From an uncultured Aliarcobacter sp. (GTDB taxonomy: Bacteria > Campylobacterota > Campylobacteria > Campylobacterales > Arcobacteraceae), in contig OY781945.1 in the NCBI GenBank assembly GCA_963677435.1, forward strand, positions 1,216,001 to 1,280,000: DNA of 64,000 nt, given 5' to 3'. Positions within the stretch are counted from its first letter, which is position 1, and each line of letters starts with the position of its first letter. Positions 30,239-41,702 of the stretch are shown in pieces. The notes below the pieces were generated by a model. It was not told the origin of the DNA and searched no databases. It saw nothing but the letters and a program-made list of their open reading frames with translations. The translations under genes and the position numbers were made by a program.

Positions 30239-32137
30239 TTATTTTATATAATTACTCTTTTTATCACTTGTATCTAACTCTTGCCCAATTTCTTGGTATC
30301 TTTTGAAATAGTATTTTACAAATGAGTTTATTTTTTCATCGTTTGGCATAAAATATTTTTGCGTTTTTGTAGCATATCTATTTAAAAACTTTGTAGCGTC
30401 AAGTTTGTCTAAATAGTGTTTTGCTAAAGCTGTGTAATTTTCTATATACCAAGCTTTTAGTTTTTCAAATTTTTCATCACTTATATCAATATTTAAATTT
30501 TTATTTTCTTCATCCCAAACTAAAACACCTGTAGTAAATAGTCCATTTAAGTGAATTAATCCCTCACAATAATAAGGTTGAACTTCATCAACTTCCATCC
30601 ATCCAATTAATCCAACACTTCTTTTTACAAGGTCAATTAAAACTTGCTCTTTTAAGTGAGATTCATCTGTATCCTCATCTAATAAATAAGAGATTAAACC
30701 ACCCGTTGTTGCTTTGAACTCTTCTATATTTTTGAAGTTTCCAGTTTTATTCATAACTGATTCTGTTTCATCATCACACCATAAAATATGTCCATATTCA
30801 TGTCCCACAGTGCTAATGTCATAAACTTGATGCCAAGATGCAGTTTCATTAAAAAGGAAAGTTCTATCTCGTGTGAGAAGTTCTTGTCCAAAAATCTCTT
30901 TTGAAAGTTTTAAAAATGGTTTAGCACGACTTGTTTGTAAAATCTCATCTGAAAATGCAAAGATTTTTTTACCTTCTTCAAGTGATACTATTTCATCATT
31001 TGGTACAACTTGAGCTGAAAACATTCCACTAAATTCTGCACCAAAAAATAGTGCTGGTCGTCCCACATAAAGTTGCACTTTATCAAGTGATTTTAGTGAA
31101 AAATCATAAGTTTTTTTGTATGTTTCATTTGGCTCAAAACTATTAAAGATTTTTGCAAAAGCTGATTTTATTTTATTTACTCTGTGGTCATTTTGTGCAA
31201 ATTTTGGATTTGTAAGTCTAATATCCCATTCAAGTGCAACTGCTTTTCTGAAATGATCTTCATAATATTCAAGTGGATGTCCAATTTGAATTGGTGTTTT
31301 TATTTTCATCCAAGCTCTATCTACATCTGCCCATTTGCTTACAAGTTCATTTGTTCTATCTTCACTAAAAGCTTTGATAAGTGCTTGAATATATAAAATA
31401 TAATCCCATTTTTGTCCATAAACTTCATCTTCAAGTTCAACTAGTTTATCTGCAAACTCTTCAAGAGTATCTACAACTTCAGTTGTCTCTTTTTTGAAAG
31501 CTTTGATGTAGGCTTTTGATACATATTTGTTTTTTTCTTTCACTAGTGCAGAATAACATCTATCAGCAATTTGAGCATTATGTCCAAGATCTAGAAGTTT
31601 TTCATCTTCTAAATATTTCATAACTTTTTCTTCTTTTCCATCAAACTTAGCCATTAAATCTTTGTTTACACCATTTATAATATGTGAAGTCCAAGTAGTT
31701 TGCCAAGCTGACATTTGAAGTCCAACATTATAAACACCAATAAAAACTTCTTGATAAAATGGAGTTAAAAGATTCTCTTGCACAATTAAATCTATTAATT
31801 TTGTATGTTTTTCATGCCAGTAATCTTTTACAATATCATAAGCTTTTTCTTGAAGCTCAATAATCTCAATTTCCGTTTTTCCAAGTTTTTTTAATACTTG
31901 AACAAGTGAATCATCTCTTAAATTTACAAGTCTTGTAACAAGTGCAAATCTTAAATCATTTGTCATTTCAAGGTTTAGAGATTTTGCAAAATCATCTATT
32001 AAAGTTAATTTTTCAAACTCTTCATTTTCAAGGTAAGAGATAAGTTTATTTGTTTGTGATTTTTCTTCGTTTAAAAAGTCATATATCTTTTGTAGGTCAT
32101 TTAAAAAGTTTTCTTTATTCATATTTTTATCTTTCAT
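30239..32137 (-). CDS. ciaB: Invasion antigen CiaB homologue (HExxH metallopeptidase-like)
   Basis: QIGHPLEYYEDHFRKAVALEWDIR, GHEYGH and IEEFKATTGG; about 630 aa. Confidence 0.85.
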   Translation of the reverse strand: MKDKNMNKENFLNDLQKIYDFLNEEKSQTNKLISYLENEEFEKLTLIDDFAKSLNLEMTNDLRFALVTRLVNLRDDSLVQVLKKLGKTEIEIIELQEKAYDIVKDYWHEKHTKLIDLIVQENLLTPFYQEVFIGVYNVGLQMSAWQTTWTSHIINGVNKDLMAKFDGKEEKVMKYLEDEKLLDLGHNAQIADRCYSALVKEKNKYVSKAYIKAFKKETTEVVDTLEEFADKLVELEDEVYGQKWDYILYIQALIKAFSEDRTNELVSKWADVDRAWMKIKTPIQIGHPLEYYEDHFRKAVALEWDIRLTNPKFAQNDHRVNKIKSAFAKIFNSFEPNETYKKTYDFSLKSLDKVQLYVGRPALFFGAEFSGMFSAQVVPNDEIVSLEEGKKIFAFSDEILQTSRAKPFLKLSKEIFGQELLTRDRTFLFNETASWHQVYDISTVGHEYGHILWCDDETESVMNKTGNFKNIEEFKATTGGLISYLLDEDTDESHLKEQVLIDLVKRSVGLIGWMEVDEVQPYYCEGLIHLNGLFTTGVLVWDEENKNLNIDISDEKFEKLKAWYIENYTALAKHYLDKLDATKFLNRYATKTQKYFMPNDEKINSFVKYYFKRYQEIGQELDTSDKKSNYIK

Positions 32138-32350
32138 ATAATAAATTTGAGATTGTATTATAACTTATTATATTTCAATTAAAATTATGGGGCAATAAAG
32201 TTGTTGTATATTTATTGTTATTAAAAAGTAAATTTATCTTTTAAATTTAGAATAATTTAGTTTGCATTTTTTTCTTTTTTTAAACTATTTTTTCAAAAAA
32301 ATCATCTATAAAACAACACTTTTAGCAAATATTTTTATCTTTCTAGAAAG

Positions 32351-32447
32351 ATGCTATCTTATTGCTATATTTTCTTAAAAAGAACTTATGTTCGTTAAGC
32401 GAACTTTAATTTTACGAATGTTATAGTTTCTGTACAAATGTTCGAAA
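32351..32447 (+). promoter_or_regulatory. Promoter of the lig-like operon with IclR (PcaR/PobR-type) palindrome
   Basis: GTTCGTTAAGCGAAC at 32390-32404; TGTTATAGT -10; block shared with 41703-41798. Confidence 0.7.
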
Positions 32448-32465
32448 TTAAAATAAAGGTCTAAT

Positions 32466-33554
32466 ATGAGTTATTTTTCAATACCATATATGCAAATTAG
32501 AGGTGGTAGTTCAAAGGGAATTTTTTTTAATAAAAAAGATTTACCAGAAGATATTAAACTTCGTGATGAAATTATATTAAGTATTGTTGGTCGTGATTCA
32601 AGACAAATTGATGGATTAGGTGGCGCAAACCCCCTTACTAGTAAAGTTGCTATTATCAGTAAATCTGAAGAAGAAGATTGTGATGTTGATTATTTATTTG
32701 TTCAAGTAGTTGTTGGTGAAAACCGAGTTGATAGTTCTCCAAACTGCGGAAATATATTATCAGGTGTAGGTATATTTGCAATTGAAAGCAAAATGGTAAA
32801 TACTAATGATGATACAACAGCTATAAAAGTAAATATGGTAAATAGCAATAACATTTGTGAATTGATTATGCAAACACCAAATGGTGAGTTAACTTATGTT
32901 GGTGATGCCAAAATTGATGGTGTTCCAGGGACTTCATCTCCAATAATTTGTAATTATATGGATGTTGCTGGTTCTGTATGTGGTTCTTTATTTCCAACGG
33001 GAAATAAAAAGGATGTAATTGATGGAGTTGAAATTACATGTATTGATAATGGTATGCCTGTTGTACTTATTAATGCAAGTGAGTTAGGAAAAACTGGATA
33101 TGAAACTTGTGAAGAGTTGAGTAATGATCAAATATTTAGAAGTAAATTAGAAAATATTAGATTACAAGTTGGTCCTTTAATGAATTTAGGTGATGTTACG
33201 AACAAAGTTGTTCCTAAAATGACAATTGTATCAAAGGCAAAAAATGGAGGAAATATAAATACGCGAACATTTATACCTCATGTTTGTCACTCATCAATTG
33301 GAGTATTAGGTGCGGTTTCTGTTGCTAGTGCTTGTTTGTATGATGATTGTATCACAAGTAATGTATTTGAAAATAGTAATAAATCAAATAGAATAATTTC
33401 AGTTGAACATTCAAGTGGTGAATTTTCAGTTGAATTAACTTGTGAAGAGTTAAATGATGAATTAGTAATAAAAAAAGCTGGACTTTTAAGAACAGCTAGA
33501 CTTATAAGTAAAGGTGAGGCATATCCTCACCAAGAAATAATTAATAATATATAA
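32466..33554 (+). CDS. ligU: 4-oxalomesaconate tautomerase (PrpF family; LigU/GalD/FldA-like)
   Basis: RGGSSKG, QIDGLGG..TSKVA, NCGN, IDNGMP, RTAR; operon context. Confidence 0.85.
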   Translation: MSYFSIPYMQIRGGSSKGIFFNKKDLPEDIKLRDEIILSIVGRDSRQIDGLGGANPLTSKVAIISKSEEEDCDVDYLFVQVVVGENRVDSSPNCGNILSGVGIFAIESKMVNTNDDTTAIKVNMVNSNNICELIMQTPNGELTYVGDAKIDGVPGTSSPIICNYMDVAGSVCGSLFPTGNKKDVIDGVEITCIDNGMPVVLINASELGKTGYETCEELSNDQIFRSKLENIRLQVGPLMNLGDVTNKVVPKMTIVSKAKNGGNINTRTFIPHVCHSSIGVLGAVSVASACLYDDCITSNVFENSNKSNRIISVEHSSGEFSVELTCEELNDELVIKKAGLLRTARLISKGEAYPHQEIINNI

Positions 33555-33564
33555 AGGAAAAATT

Positions 33565-34437
33565 TTGGAAAAGAAAACTTGTTTAGCGCCCGATAGGAAT
33601 ACAAAAACACCAGTTTATAAAACAATGAAAAATGCTTGTGATGCACATTGTCATGTATTTGGTCCCCATGAAATATTTCCTTATTCGGAAAAAGCAACAT
33701 ATTGGCCACCTGATACACCAGAAGCACTCTTGCGAAAAATGCACGATAAAATTGGTATTTCAAGAGCTGTATTAGTACAAGCTTCTTGTCATGGTAAAGA
33801 TAATTCTGCAATGATGGATGCAATAAAAAATGACCCGAAAAGATATAAGGGTGTTTGTATGGCTGATGATTCATTTACTGATGAAGATTTCAAATATCTA
33901 AACGACAATGGTGTTAAAGGTATTAGATTTAACTTTGTTACTCATTTAGGTGGTGCTCCTGATTTAGAGATGATGGAAAGGGTTATAAATAGAGTAATTC
34001 CTTTTGGATGGCATTTAGTAATTCATGTTAATGCAGAAGATATTATTAAATATGAAGATTTCTTTGCAAAATTTAATATGACGATTGTTGTTGATCATAT
34101 GGGAAGAGTTCCAACAAGCAAAGGGATTGAGCAAGAAGCATTCAAAATTTTATGTGAATTTATGAAAAAACCAAACTGGTGGGTAAAAATCTCAGGTGCT
34201 GAAAGAATTGGGGTACAACCTCCATTTTATGAAGCTATTCCTTATGCGCAAAGATTAGTATCAATTGCACCTGATAGAATTTTATGGGGAACAGATTGTC
34301 CTCATCCCAATATCAAAGAGTATATGCCAAATGATGGGGATCTTTTAGATTTATTTGCTCTAATGGTTCCAGATCCAGAATTACAAAAGAAAATATTAGT
34401 TGACAATCCAGCTAAATTATACGGATGGGAGGACTAA
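33565..34437 (+). CDS. ligI: 2-pyrone-4,6-dicarboxylate lactonase
   Basis: [36 protein letters not shown]. Confidence 0.88.
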   Translation: MEKKTCLAPDRNTKTPVYKTMKNACDAHCHVFGPHEIFPYSEKATYWPPDTPEALLRKMHDKIGISRAVLVQASCHGKDNSAMMDAIKNDPKRYKGVCMADDSFTDEDFKYLNDNGVKGIRFNFVTHLGGAPDLEMMERVINRVIPFGWHLVIHVNAEDIIKYEDFFAKFNMTIVVDHMGRVPTSKGIEQEAFKILCEFMKKPNWWVKISGAERIGVQPPFYEAIPYAQRLVSIAPDRILWGTDCPHPNIKEYMPNDGDLLDLFALMVPDPELQKKILVDNPAKLYGWED

Positions 34438-34438
34438 G

Positions 34439-35158
34439 ATGTTAAGAGAACAAGTATTAGGTGTTGCAGTTAAAAATATTAATAGAGCACCTCAAGAACA
34501 AATAGATAGATTAGAAAAACTAGGATCTGCAACAGTTCATGAAGCACAAAAAAGAGTAGGGCAATTAAAACCTTATTTACGACCAGTTTTTTCAGGAGCT
34601 AGAATTGCAGGAAGTGCAATTACAGTTTTATTACAACCAGGTGATAACTGGATGTTACATGTAGCAATGGAATTAGCACAACCAGGTGATATTATTATTG
34701 CTGGATGTACAACAGATAATGATGATGGTTTCTTTGGGGATTTATTAGCAACTTCAGCAATTGCACAAGGTGTAAAAGGTTTAGTTATTGATGGTGGAGT
34801 AAGAGATACTAAAGATTTAAAAGAGATGAATTTTCCTGTTTGGTCAAAAGCTATTAGCATTAAAGGAACAGTAAAAAATACTTTAGGTTCTGTAAATATT
34901 CCAATTATTTGTGGTGGTCAACAAATAAATCCTGGTGATATTGTTATTGCTGATGATGATGGAATTTGTGTTGTTCCATATGAAAATGCACAAATAGTTG
35001 CTGATGCTGCCCAAAAAAGAGAATCTTTTGAAGGTGAAAAAAGAGCTAAGTTTGAAGATGGTGTTTTAGGTTTGGATTTATACAACATGAGACCAGGTTT
35101 AGAAGCAGCTGGTTTTAAATATTATGACACAGTTGAAGATTTAAAGAAAGGAATATAA
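34439..35158 (+). CDS. ligK: 4-carboxy-4-hydroxy-2-oxoadipate / HMG aldolase
   Basis: [34 protein letters not shown] 34439 follows GGAGG. Confidence 0.9.
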   Translation: MLREQVLGVAVKNINRAPQEQIDRLEKLGSATVHEAQKRVGQLKPYLRPVFSGARIAGSAITVLLQPGDNWMLHVAMELAQPGDIIIAGCTTDNDDGFFGDLLATSAIAQGVKGLVIDGGVRDTKDLKEMNFPVWSKAISIKGTVKNTLGSVNIPIICGGQQINPGDIVIADDDGICVVPYENAQIVADAAQKRESFEGEKRAKFEDGVLGLDLYNMRPGLEAAGFKYYDTVEDLKKGI

Positions 35159-35159
35159 G

Positions 35160-36194
35160 ATGATTATTGATTGCCACGGACACTACACAACAGCTCCTAA
35201 AGAGTTAACTGATTATAGAGACCAACAAATTAAAGAGTTAAGTGTTGATCCTTTGATTCAGCACTTAAAAGGTGAAATTAACATTACAGATGAACAATTA
35301 CGAGAAAGTATTGTAAATAACCAATTAAGATTACAGACTGAAAGAGGAACAGATTTAACAATCTTTTCTCCAAGAGCAAGTAAAATGGAACACCATATTG
35401 GTAATATAACTACAAGTATAGCTTGGAGCGAACATTGTAATGATTTAATTGCAAGAATTGTTGATTTATTTCCAAAAAACTTTGTAGGAGCTGCTCAACT
35501 TCCTCAATCTCCTGGTGCTTCAATTGATGCAAGTGTAAAAGAACTTGAAAGATGTGTGAAAGAGTACAACTTTATAGGTCTTAATTTAAATCCAGATCCA
35601 TCAGGTGGTTATTGGAATGATGTACCACCTTTAGATAATAAATATTGGTATCCATTATATGAAAAAATGGTTGAGCTTCAAACTCCTGCAATGATTCATG
35701 TAAGTGGTTCTTGTAACTGTGCTTTTCATACAACAAGTTCTCACTATTTAGGAGCTGATACAACTGCATTTACTCAACTTATGATGAGTAAAACATTGTT
35801 CAAAGATTTTCCTGAATTAAAATTCATTATTCCTCATGGTGGTGGAGCTGTTCCTTATCACTGGGGAAGATTTAGAGGATTATGTGATATGTTAGGTTTA
35901 GATAATCTAAACAAAATTATTGAAAATAATATCTATTTTGATACTTGTGTTTATCACCAAGAAGGAATTGATTTATTATTAGATTTAGTTCCAACTGAAA
36001 ATATACTTTTTGCATCTGAAATGATAGGTGCTGTTAGAGGAATTGATCCATTAACTGGTCACTATTTTGATGATACAAAACGCTATATAGATGCTGCGAA
36101 AATTAGCGATAATAAGAAAAAAATGATCTTCGAAGATAATATAAGAAAAATATTCCCAAGAATCAATCAACACATTGAAAAACATTTTAATTAA
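35160..36194 (+). CDS. ligJ: 4-oxalomesaconate hydratase
   Basis: MIIDCHGHYTTAP, NPDPSGG, HGGGAVPYHWGRFRG, FASEMIGAV. Confidence 0.93.
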   Translation: MIIDCHGHYTTAPKELTDYRDQQIKELSVDPLIQHLKGEINITDEQLRESIVNNQLRLQTERGTDLTIFSPRASKMEHHIGNITTSIAWSEHCNDLIARIVDLFPKNFVGAAQLPQSPGASIDASVKELERCVKEYNFIGLNLNPDPSGGYWNDVPPLDNKYWYPLYEKMVELQTPAMIHVSGSCNCAFHTTSSHYLGADTTAFTQLMMSKTLFKDFPELKFIIPHGGGAVPYHWGRFRGLCDMLGLDNLNKIIENNIYFDTCVYHQEGIDLLLDLVPTENILFASEMIGAVRGIDPLTGHYFDDTKRYIDAAKISDNKKKMIFEDNIRKIFPRINQHIEKHFN

Positions 36195-36207
36195 GGAGAT
36201 GAGTAAT

Positions 36208-36627
36208 ATGACTAAATATGAAGATAGAGATTATAAAGATATCCCAGGAACAATAGTTTTCGATTTACAAACTTGTATTAAAGGTTATGAGTTAAATAAA
36301 TTTTGCGATACATTAAATCAAGAAGATGCTAGACAAGCCTTTTTAAAAGATGAAGAAGAATATATGAGTAGATTTCCTAAGTTAACTGAAGAGATGAAAG
36401 ATGGTATTAGAAGAAGAGATTTAAATTATCTTCTTGATTTAGGTGGAAATATCTACTATTTATGGAAAATAGCAGCAACTTTAGGACTTGTAATGCAACA
36501 AGCAGGTGCAATGATGAATGAACCACCTATTACTCATGCTGAATTTCAACAAATGATGATAAACGGTGGTCGACCAATTGAAGGTAATAGAAGTATAAAA
36601 GAAAACAAGGAGAGAAATAATGGCTAA
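36208..36627 (+). CDS. ligA: Protocatechuate 4,5-dioxygenase alpha subunit
   Basis: DIPGT.VF, GY.LN.FC, GGNIYYL.K, MINGGR..EGNR; start placed 9 nt after AAGGAG. Confidence 0.9.
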   Translation: MTKYEDRDYKDIPGTIVFDLQTCIKGYELNKFCDTLNQEDARQAFLKDEEEYMSRFPKLTEEMKDGIRRRDLNYLLDLGGNIYYLWKIAATLGLVMQQAGAMMNEPPITHAEFQQMMINGGRPIEGNRSIKENKERNNG

Positions 36628-37465
36628 GATTATTGGAGGAATAGGGACATCACATATCCCAACAATTATGCATGTATTTGATGAAAAAACAAATGTAGGA
36701 CCATATTGGGAACCATTTAATGAGGGAATTAAACCTTTAAGAAAATGGATGAAAGATAATAAACCTGATGTTTGTATTATTGTTTACAATGACCATGGTT
36801 CAAATTTTTCTCTAAAAAATGTAATTCCATTTGGTATTGGTTTAGCAAATGAGTATTTACCAGCTGATGAAGGTTATGGTAGAAGACCTGTTCCAACATT
36901 TAAAGGTGATGCAGCATTATCAGCACATATTGCAGAGCATTTTAATGAAAAAGAATTTGATGTTGCTTTTTCTTTTGAATTAGATGTTGATCATGGTTTT
37001 TCAGTTCCAGCGTCAATTATGTTTGGTGAAGATTGTGAAGAATGGCCTTGCAAATTTATACCTTTATATGTGGGAGTTGTTCAATATCCACAACCAAAAG
37101 GTAATAGATGTTATAACCTTGGTAAAGCAATTAGAGAAGCTGTTGATTCATATCCTTCAGATGTAAGAGTTGCAATAGTTGGAACAGGTGGTTTATCACA
37201 TCAATTACAAGGACCAAGAGCAGGTCTTATCAATCAAGATTATGATAGAAAATGGTTAGATGGTTTAGTAAATGATCCTGAAAGTATCAAAGATATTTCA
37301 CTAACTGAGTTAATTAGAGAAACAGGTAGTGAGGGTGCAGAAGCTATTATGTGGTTAGTTATGAGAGGTGCTATGGATAAAGAAGTGAATGAAGTTCATA
37401 GATTCATGCACACTCCTGTATCAAATACTAATTATTCTCTAACAATATTAGAGAATAAAAAGTAA
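36620..37465 (+). CDS. ligB: Protocatechuate 4,5-dioxygenase beta subunit
   Basis: TSHIP, VYNDH, DEGYG.RPVP, VDHG, GTGGLSHQLQGPRAGLIN, GSEGAE. Confidence 0.93.
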   Translation: MAKIIGGIGTSHIPTIMHVFDEKTNVGPYWEPFNEGIKPLRKWMKDNKPDVCIIVYNDHGSNFSLKNVIPFGIGLANEYLPADEGYGRRPVPTFKGDAALSAHIAEHFNEKEFDVAFSFELDVDHGFSVPASIMFGEDCEEWPCKFIPLYVGVVQYPQPKGNRCYNLGKAIREAVDSYPSDVRVAIVGTGGLSHQLQGPRAGLINQDYDRKWLDGLVNDPESIKDISLTELIRETGSEGAEAIMWLVMRGAMDKEVNEVHRFMHTPVSNTNYSLTILENKK

Positions 37466-37476
37466 GGATTATAAAA

Positions 37477-38415
37477 ATGAAAATATGTGTAGTAGGAAAT
37501 GGAGCATTTGGTAAAAAACATCTTGATGCTCTTTCAAATATTGAAGATGTGGAAGTTGTATGTTTGGTTGGAAGAAGAGAAGAAGCTACTAAAAAAGTAG
37601 CTGATCAATACAATGTTCCAAATTATACATTAACTTTAGAAGATGCTTTAAAATATGATTTTGATGCAGCAATTATAACAAGTCCAACACAAATTCATGC
37701 AGAACAAGCAATTACTTTGATGAATGCAGGGAAACATGTAATGATTGAAATTCCAATGGCTGATACTTTGGAAGATGCACAAGCAATTGTAGATGTTCAA
37801 AAGAAAACAGGACTTGTGGCAATGGCTGGACACACAAGAAGATTTAATCCATCACATCAATATATTCATAATAAAATAAAAGCAGGTGAATTAAATATTC
37901 AACAAATGGATGTACAAACATACTTTTTTAGAAGAACAAATACAAATGCTTTAGGTGAACCTAGATCTTGGACTGATCATTTATTATGGCATCACGCTTG
38001 TCATACAGTGGATTTATTTGCTTATCAAACTGGTGAAGAAATTGTTGAAGTTCAAGGAATGCAAGGACCAATTCATCCAGAACTTGGAATTGCCTTAGAT
38101 ATGAGTATTGGTCTTAAAACACCAAGTGGAAAACTTTGTACTTTATCATTATCATTTAATAACGATGGACCATTAGGTACATTCTTTAGATATATCTGTG
38201 ATAACGGTACTTATTTAGCTAGATATGATGATTTATTTACAGGAAAAGAAGAACAAATTGATGTATCAAAAGTTGCTGTTTCTATGAATGGAATTGAACT
38301 TCAAGATAGAGAATTTATATCAGCAATTAAAGAAAAAAGAGAACCAAACGCAAGTGTACAACAAGCATTATCAGCTATGAAAATACTTGATTTACTTGAA
38401 AAGAAAATGAAATAA
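37477..38415 (+). CDS. ligC: 4-carboxy-2-hydroxymuconate-6-semialdehyde dehydrogenase
   Basis: GAFGKKHL, EIPMAD, GHTRRFNPSHQ, RSWTDHLLWHHACH. Confidence 0.93.
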   Translation: MKICVVGNGAFGKKHLDALSNIEDVEVVCLVGRREEATKKVADQYNVPNYTLTLEDALKYDFDAAIITSPTQIHAEQAITLMNAGKHVMIEIPMADTLEDAQAIVDVQKKTGLVAMAGHTRRFNPSHQYIHNKIKAGELNIQQMDVQTYFFRRTNTNALGEPRSWTDHLLWHHACHTVDLFAYQTGEEIVEVQGMQGPIHPELGIALDMSIGLKTPSGKLCTLSLSFNNDGPLGTFFRYICDNGTYLARYDDLFTGKEEQIDVSKVAVSMNGIELQDREFISAIKEKREPNASVQQALSAMKILDLLEKKMK

Positions 38416-38486
38416 ATTAAAAAAATATATGTTGAGTTCTTGTTTCTTCAAGATACTTATTTTATTCAAAACTAAGGAGAGAGTTT

Positions 38487-39527
38487 ATGAAAAATATGAT
38501 TATGAAAGGTGCTTTATTACTTGTAAGCACAATGTTATTTACTAATTCATTATTAGCAAAAGATGATGTTCAAATACTTACAGTACATCATTTTATGAGT
38601 TCAAAGGCACCATTACAAACAAAGTTTCTTGAGCCTTGGGCAAAGAAAGTTGAAGAAGCATCACACGGAAAGTTAAAAATCGAAATATTTCCATCTATGA
38701 GTATGGGTGGAAAACCAGATGAGTTATATAAACAAGTTAGAAATGGTACAGCTGACATAGTTTGGACACTTCCTGGATATACTCCAGGTGTTTTCCCACG
38801 AACAGAAGTTTTTGAATTACCAACTGTTCATATTGGTGATGCTGTTGCAACATCAATTGCAATGAGAGAAAAGTTTGATTTAATTAAAGATGATTTTGTA
38901 GATATAAAACCTTTATTAGTTTATGCAGCAGCAGGAAATGCACTTCATACAGTTAATAAGAAAATAACAAATATATCAGATTTAAAAGGTTTAAAATTAA
39001 GAGCACCTTCAAGAACTGCTGGCTGGTATATTGAAGCTATGGGGGCAGAATCTGTTGGTATGCCTTTACCAGATCTTCCACAAGCATTATCAAAAAATGC
39101 TATTGATGGTGCACTTGTTCCTTTTGAAGTTTTCCCTGCATATAAATTTGCTCAATTAACTCAATATTCAATTGAGGGTGAAAAAGGTGAAAGATTTGGA
39201 ACTTCTGTATTTATGCTTTTAATGAATAATGATAGATTTAATTCTCTTTCAAAAGAATTACAAAAAGTTATTATGGACAGTGTTGATATGAATACAGTAA
39301 AAGAAGTGGGACAACTTTGGATGGATTTTGAAAAACCTGGAATGCAAATGCAAAAAGACTCAAAAGATGGCGAAATCATAAAGTTAGATTCAAAAGCAAT
39401 GGTTGAATTTAATAAAGCAGGAGAACAAGTTGTTCAAAGATGGATAACTGAAGCCAATGAAAAAGGTATAGATGGTCAAAAACTTGTAGATTCTGCAAGA
39501 GAGGCAATCTCAAGTCATAGTAAATAA
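38487..39527 (+). CDS. dctP: TRAP transporter substrate-binding protein (paralogue 1)
   Basis: Signal peptide; GYTPGVFPRTEVFELP; DLKGLKLR. Confidence 0.88.
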   Translation: MKNMIMKGALLLVSTMLFTNSLLAKDDVQILTVHHFMSSKAPLQTKFLEPWAKKVEEASHGKLKIEIFPSMSMGGKPDELYKQVRNGTADIVWTLPGYTPGVFPRTEVFELPTVHIGDAVATSIAMREKFDLIKDDFVDIKPLLVYAAAGNALHTVNKKITNISDLKGLKLRAPSRTAGWYIEAMGAESVGMPLPDLPQALSKNAIDGALVPFEVFPAYKFAQLTQYSIEGEKGERFGTSVFMLLMNNDRFNSLSKELQKVIMDSVDMNTVKEVGQLWMDFEKPGMQMQKDSKDGEIIKLDSKAMVEFNKAGEQVVQRWITEANEKGIDGQKLVDSAREAISSHSK

Positions 39528-39539
39528 AAAGGCTGATAT

Positions 39540-40070
39540 ATGCAAGCAAAATTAAGAATATATATGGAAAACCGATTAAGAAAGATTTGCCTTTGGTGGG
39601 TATATTTAGCAGGAATAATGTTAGTGATAATTATAGGAACAACAGTAATTAATATTACTGCATTTGGTCTTGATAAAATTACAAGATTATTTAATTCTAA
39701 TATAGAAGGATTAACTGGCTATGAAGACCTCGTAAGGTTATTGACAAGTTGTATTGCTTTAATGTTTTTCCCTTGGGCTCAGGCTCAAAGGGGACATGTG
39801 GCAGTTGATTTTTTTGCAGATAAATTTTCTCCAAAATTTCAACAAGTATTAGATATTTTGTGGTTAAGTTGTACATTAATATTTGTTGTATTTTTAGGAA
39901 TATTAATGTTTATGGGAATGTTAGAATCTTTTAGTGATGGATCTGTTTCTACAACATTAGGTTGGGCACAATGGCCTTTTTATATACCAGGTATTATTTC
40001 ACTTGGATTATGGTCAATTGTATTATTTTTTCAAATATTTCTACATAAAGGGGGAAAATTAGATGGGTGA
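39540..40070 (+). CDS. dctQ: TRAP transporter small permease
   Basis: Four TM helices; RGHVAVDFF. Confidence 0.85.
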   Translation: MQAKLRIYMENRLRKICLWWVYLAGIMLVIIIGTTVINITAFGLDKITRLFNSNIEGLTGYEDLVRLLTSCIALMFFPWAQAQRGHVAVDFFADKFSPKFQQVLDILWLSCTLIFVVFLGILMFMGMLESFSDGSVSTTLGWAQWPFYIPGIISLGLWSIVLFFQIFLHKGGKLDG

Positions 40071-41463
40071 AAAAGAGTTAATTGGATTAGTTGGACTTAT
40101 CTTCTTCTTCTTTCTTTTAGTATTAAAAGCAAGAGTAGCTTTTGCTATGGCTTTTACAGGAATTTTAGGAACTTTTGTTCTTTCTATATATGTTCCATAT
40201 ATAAGATTTGAACCGTATATATTACAGTATAAAAGTTTGCTTTGGGAAAATCTAGCAAACTATGAGCTTTCGGTTATTCCATTATTCATTTTTATGGGAT
40301 ATTTAGCAAGTCATACAAAACTTGCACAAGCACTGTTTATTGGTATGAATGCAATATTTGGAAGGTTTAGAGGTGGAGTGGCAATCACAGCAATTGGTGC
40401 TTGTGCAGGATTTGGAGCAGTTTCAGGTTCATCATTAGCAACAGCTTCAACAATGGGAAAAATTGCATTACCTGAACTTGAGAAATTAAACTATTCTCCA
40501 AGATTAGCAACTGGAACATTAGCAGCTGGTGGAACACTTGGAATTTTAATTCCTCCCTCAATTGCATTAATTTTATATGCAATTGTAGTTGAGGGTTCAA
40601 TTATTGAAATGTTTCAAGCAGCAATTCTTCCAGGATTACTGGCTGTTCTATTTTTTATTATGGTTATTCTTATTCAAGTAAGAATAAAACCAGAATTAGG
40701 ACCTGCTTCTGAGCCTTTAAGTAAAGAAGAAAGAAATAAGGCATTTTTAGGATTGATACCAGTTGTATTAACTTTTGGTTCGATTATTTTAGGACTTGGA
40801 TTAGGTTTATTTACGCCAACTCCTGCAGCTGCAGCTGGTGTATTTATTATTGCAGTGTATGGTCTTTATCAAAGAATAAGATATGGTAAAGGTAATGGAC
40901 TAACATTTAGTAGATTAAAAGATAGTTTGATTGAAACAGCTGTTTCAAGTGCTATGATATATTATATTTTATTTGGTGCAGAAGTTTTAAAAGGATTTTT
41001 TACAAGATCAGGTCTTCCTCAAGCAATTGCAGAGTGGGCAATGACTGTTGAAGTTAATCCATGGATGGTTCTTGTTGCAATTTTAATTATATTTATTATT
41101 CTTGGTTTTTTCATGGATTCTATGGCTATGATTCTTGTTATTATTCCATTTATTTGGCCAGTGCTTGTTAGTATCAATGGTGGTGAATATGTAACTGCTG
41201 CAACTGCTGGATTTGGAATGAATAATGAGGATTTAAAAATATGGTTTGGTATTTTAGCTCTCATATCCGTTGAGTTAGGGTTAATTACTCCTCCTGTTGG
41301 GTTGAATGTATTTATTATTTCAAAAATATCTGAGAAGGTTCCTATGATTGAAATATTCAAAGGAGTTATACCTTTTGTTGGAGCAGAAATCATAAGAATT
41401 GGAGTCTTAATCTTCCTTCCTTGGTTATCATTATTTATGCCTCATTGGCTTGCAGGGCATTAA
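40063..41463 (+). CDS. dctM: TRAP transporter large permease
   Basis: SGSSLATA, GGTLGILIPPS, ELGLITPPVGLNVF. Confidence 0.92.
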   Translation: MGEKELIGLVGLIFFFFLLVLKARVAFAMAFTGILGTFVLSIYVPYIRFEPYILQYKSLLWENLANYELSVIPLFIFMGYLASHTKLAQALFIGMNAIFGRFRGGVAITAIGACAGFGAVSGSSLATASTMGKIALPELEKLNYSPRLATGTLAAGGTLGILIPPSIALILYAIVVEGSIIEMFQAAILPGLLAVLFFIMVILIQVRIKPELGPASEPLSKEERNKAFLGLIPVVLTFGSIILGLGLGLFTPTPAAAAGVFIIAVYGLYQRIRYGKGNGLTFSRLKDSLIETAVSSAMIYYILFGAEVLKGFFTRSGLPQAIAEWAMTVEVNPWMVLVAILIIFIILGFFMDSMAMILVIIPFIWPVLVSINGGEYVTAATAGFGMNNEDLKIWFGILALISVELGLITPPVGLNVFIISKISEKVPMIEIFKGVIPFVGAEIIRIGVLIFLPWLSLFMPHWLAGH

Positions 41464-41472
41464 TATAAAGAT

Positions 41473-41498
41473 ATATAAACTCTTTTTAGAGTTTATAT
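41473..41498 (+). terminator. Terminator-like hairpin after dctM
   Basis: ATATAAACTCT-TTTT-AGAGTTTATAT. Confidence 0.55.
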
Positions 41499-41702
41499 TC
41501 TTTAATTATATATCTATTTTTACTTTCACCTTTTTCTTATATAAAACTATCATATTTCTATCAATAAATTTTACAAAAATTCATATTTTTATCAAATTTT
41601 CTTAAATTTTACAAAAAAATTAAAATTAAAAATTTATCTTAATAATAACTTAATAATCAGGGATATTAATCAAGTCCGAAAATATAAGCTTCTGTATAAA
41701 AA

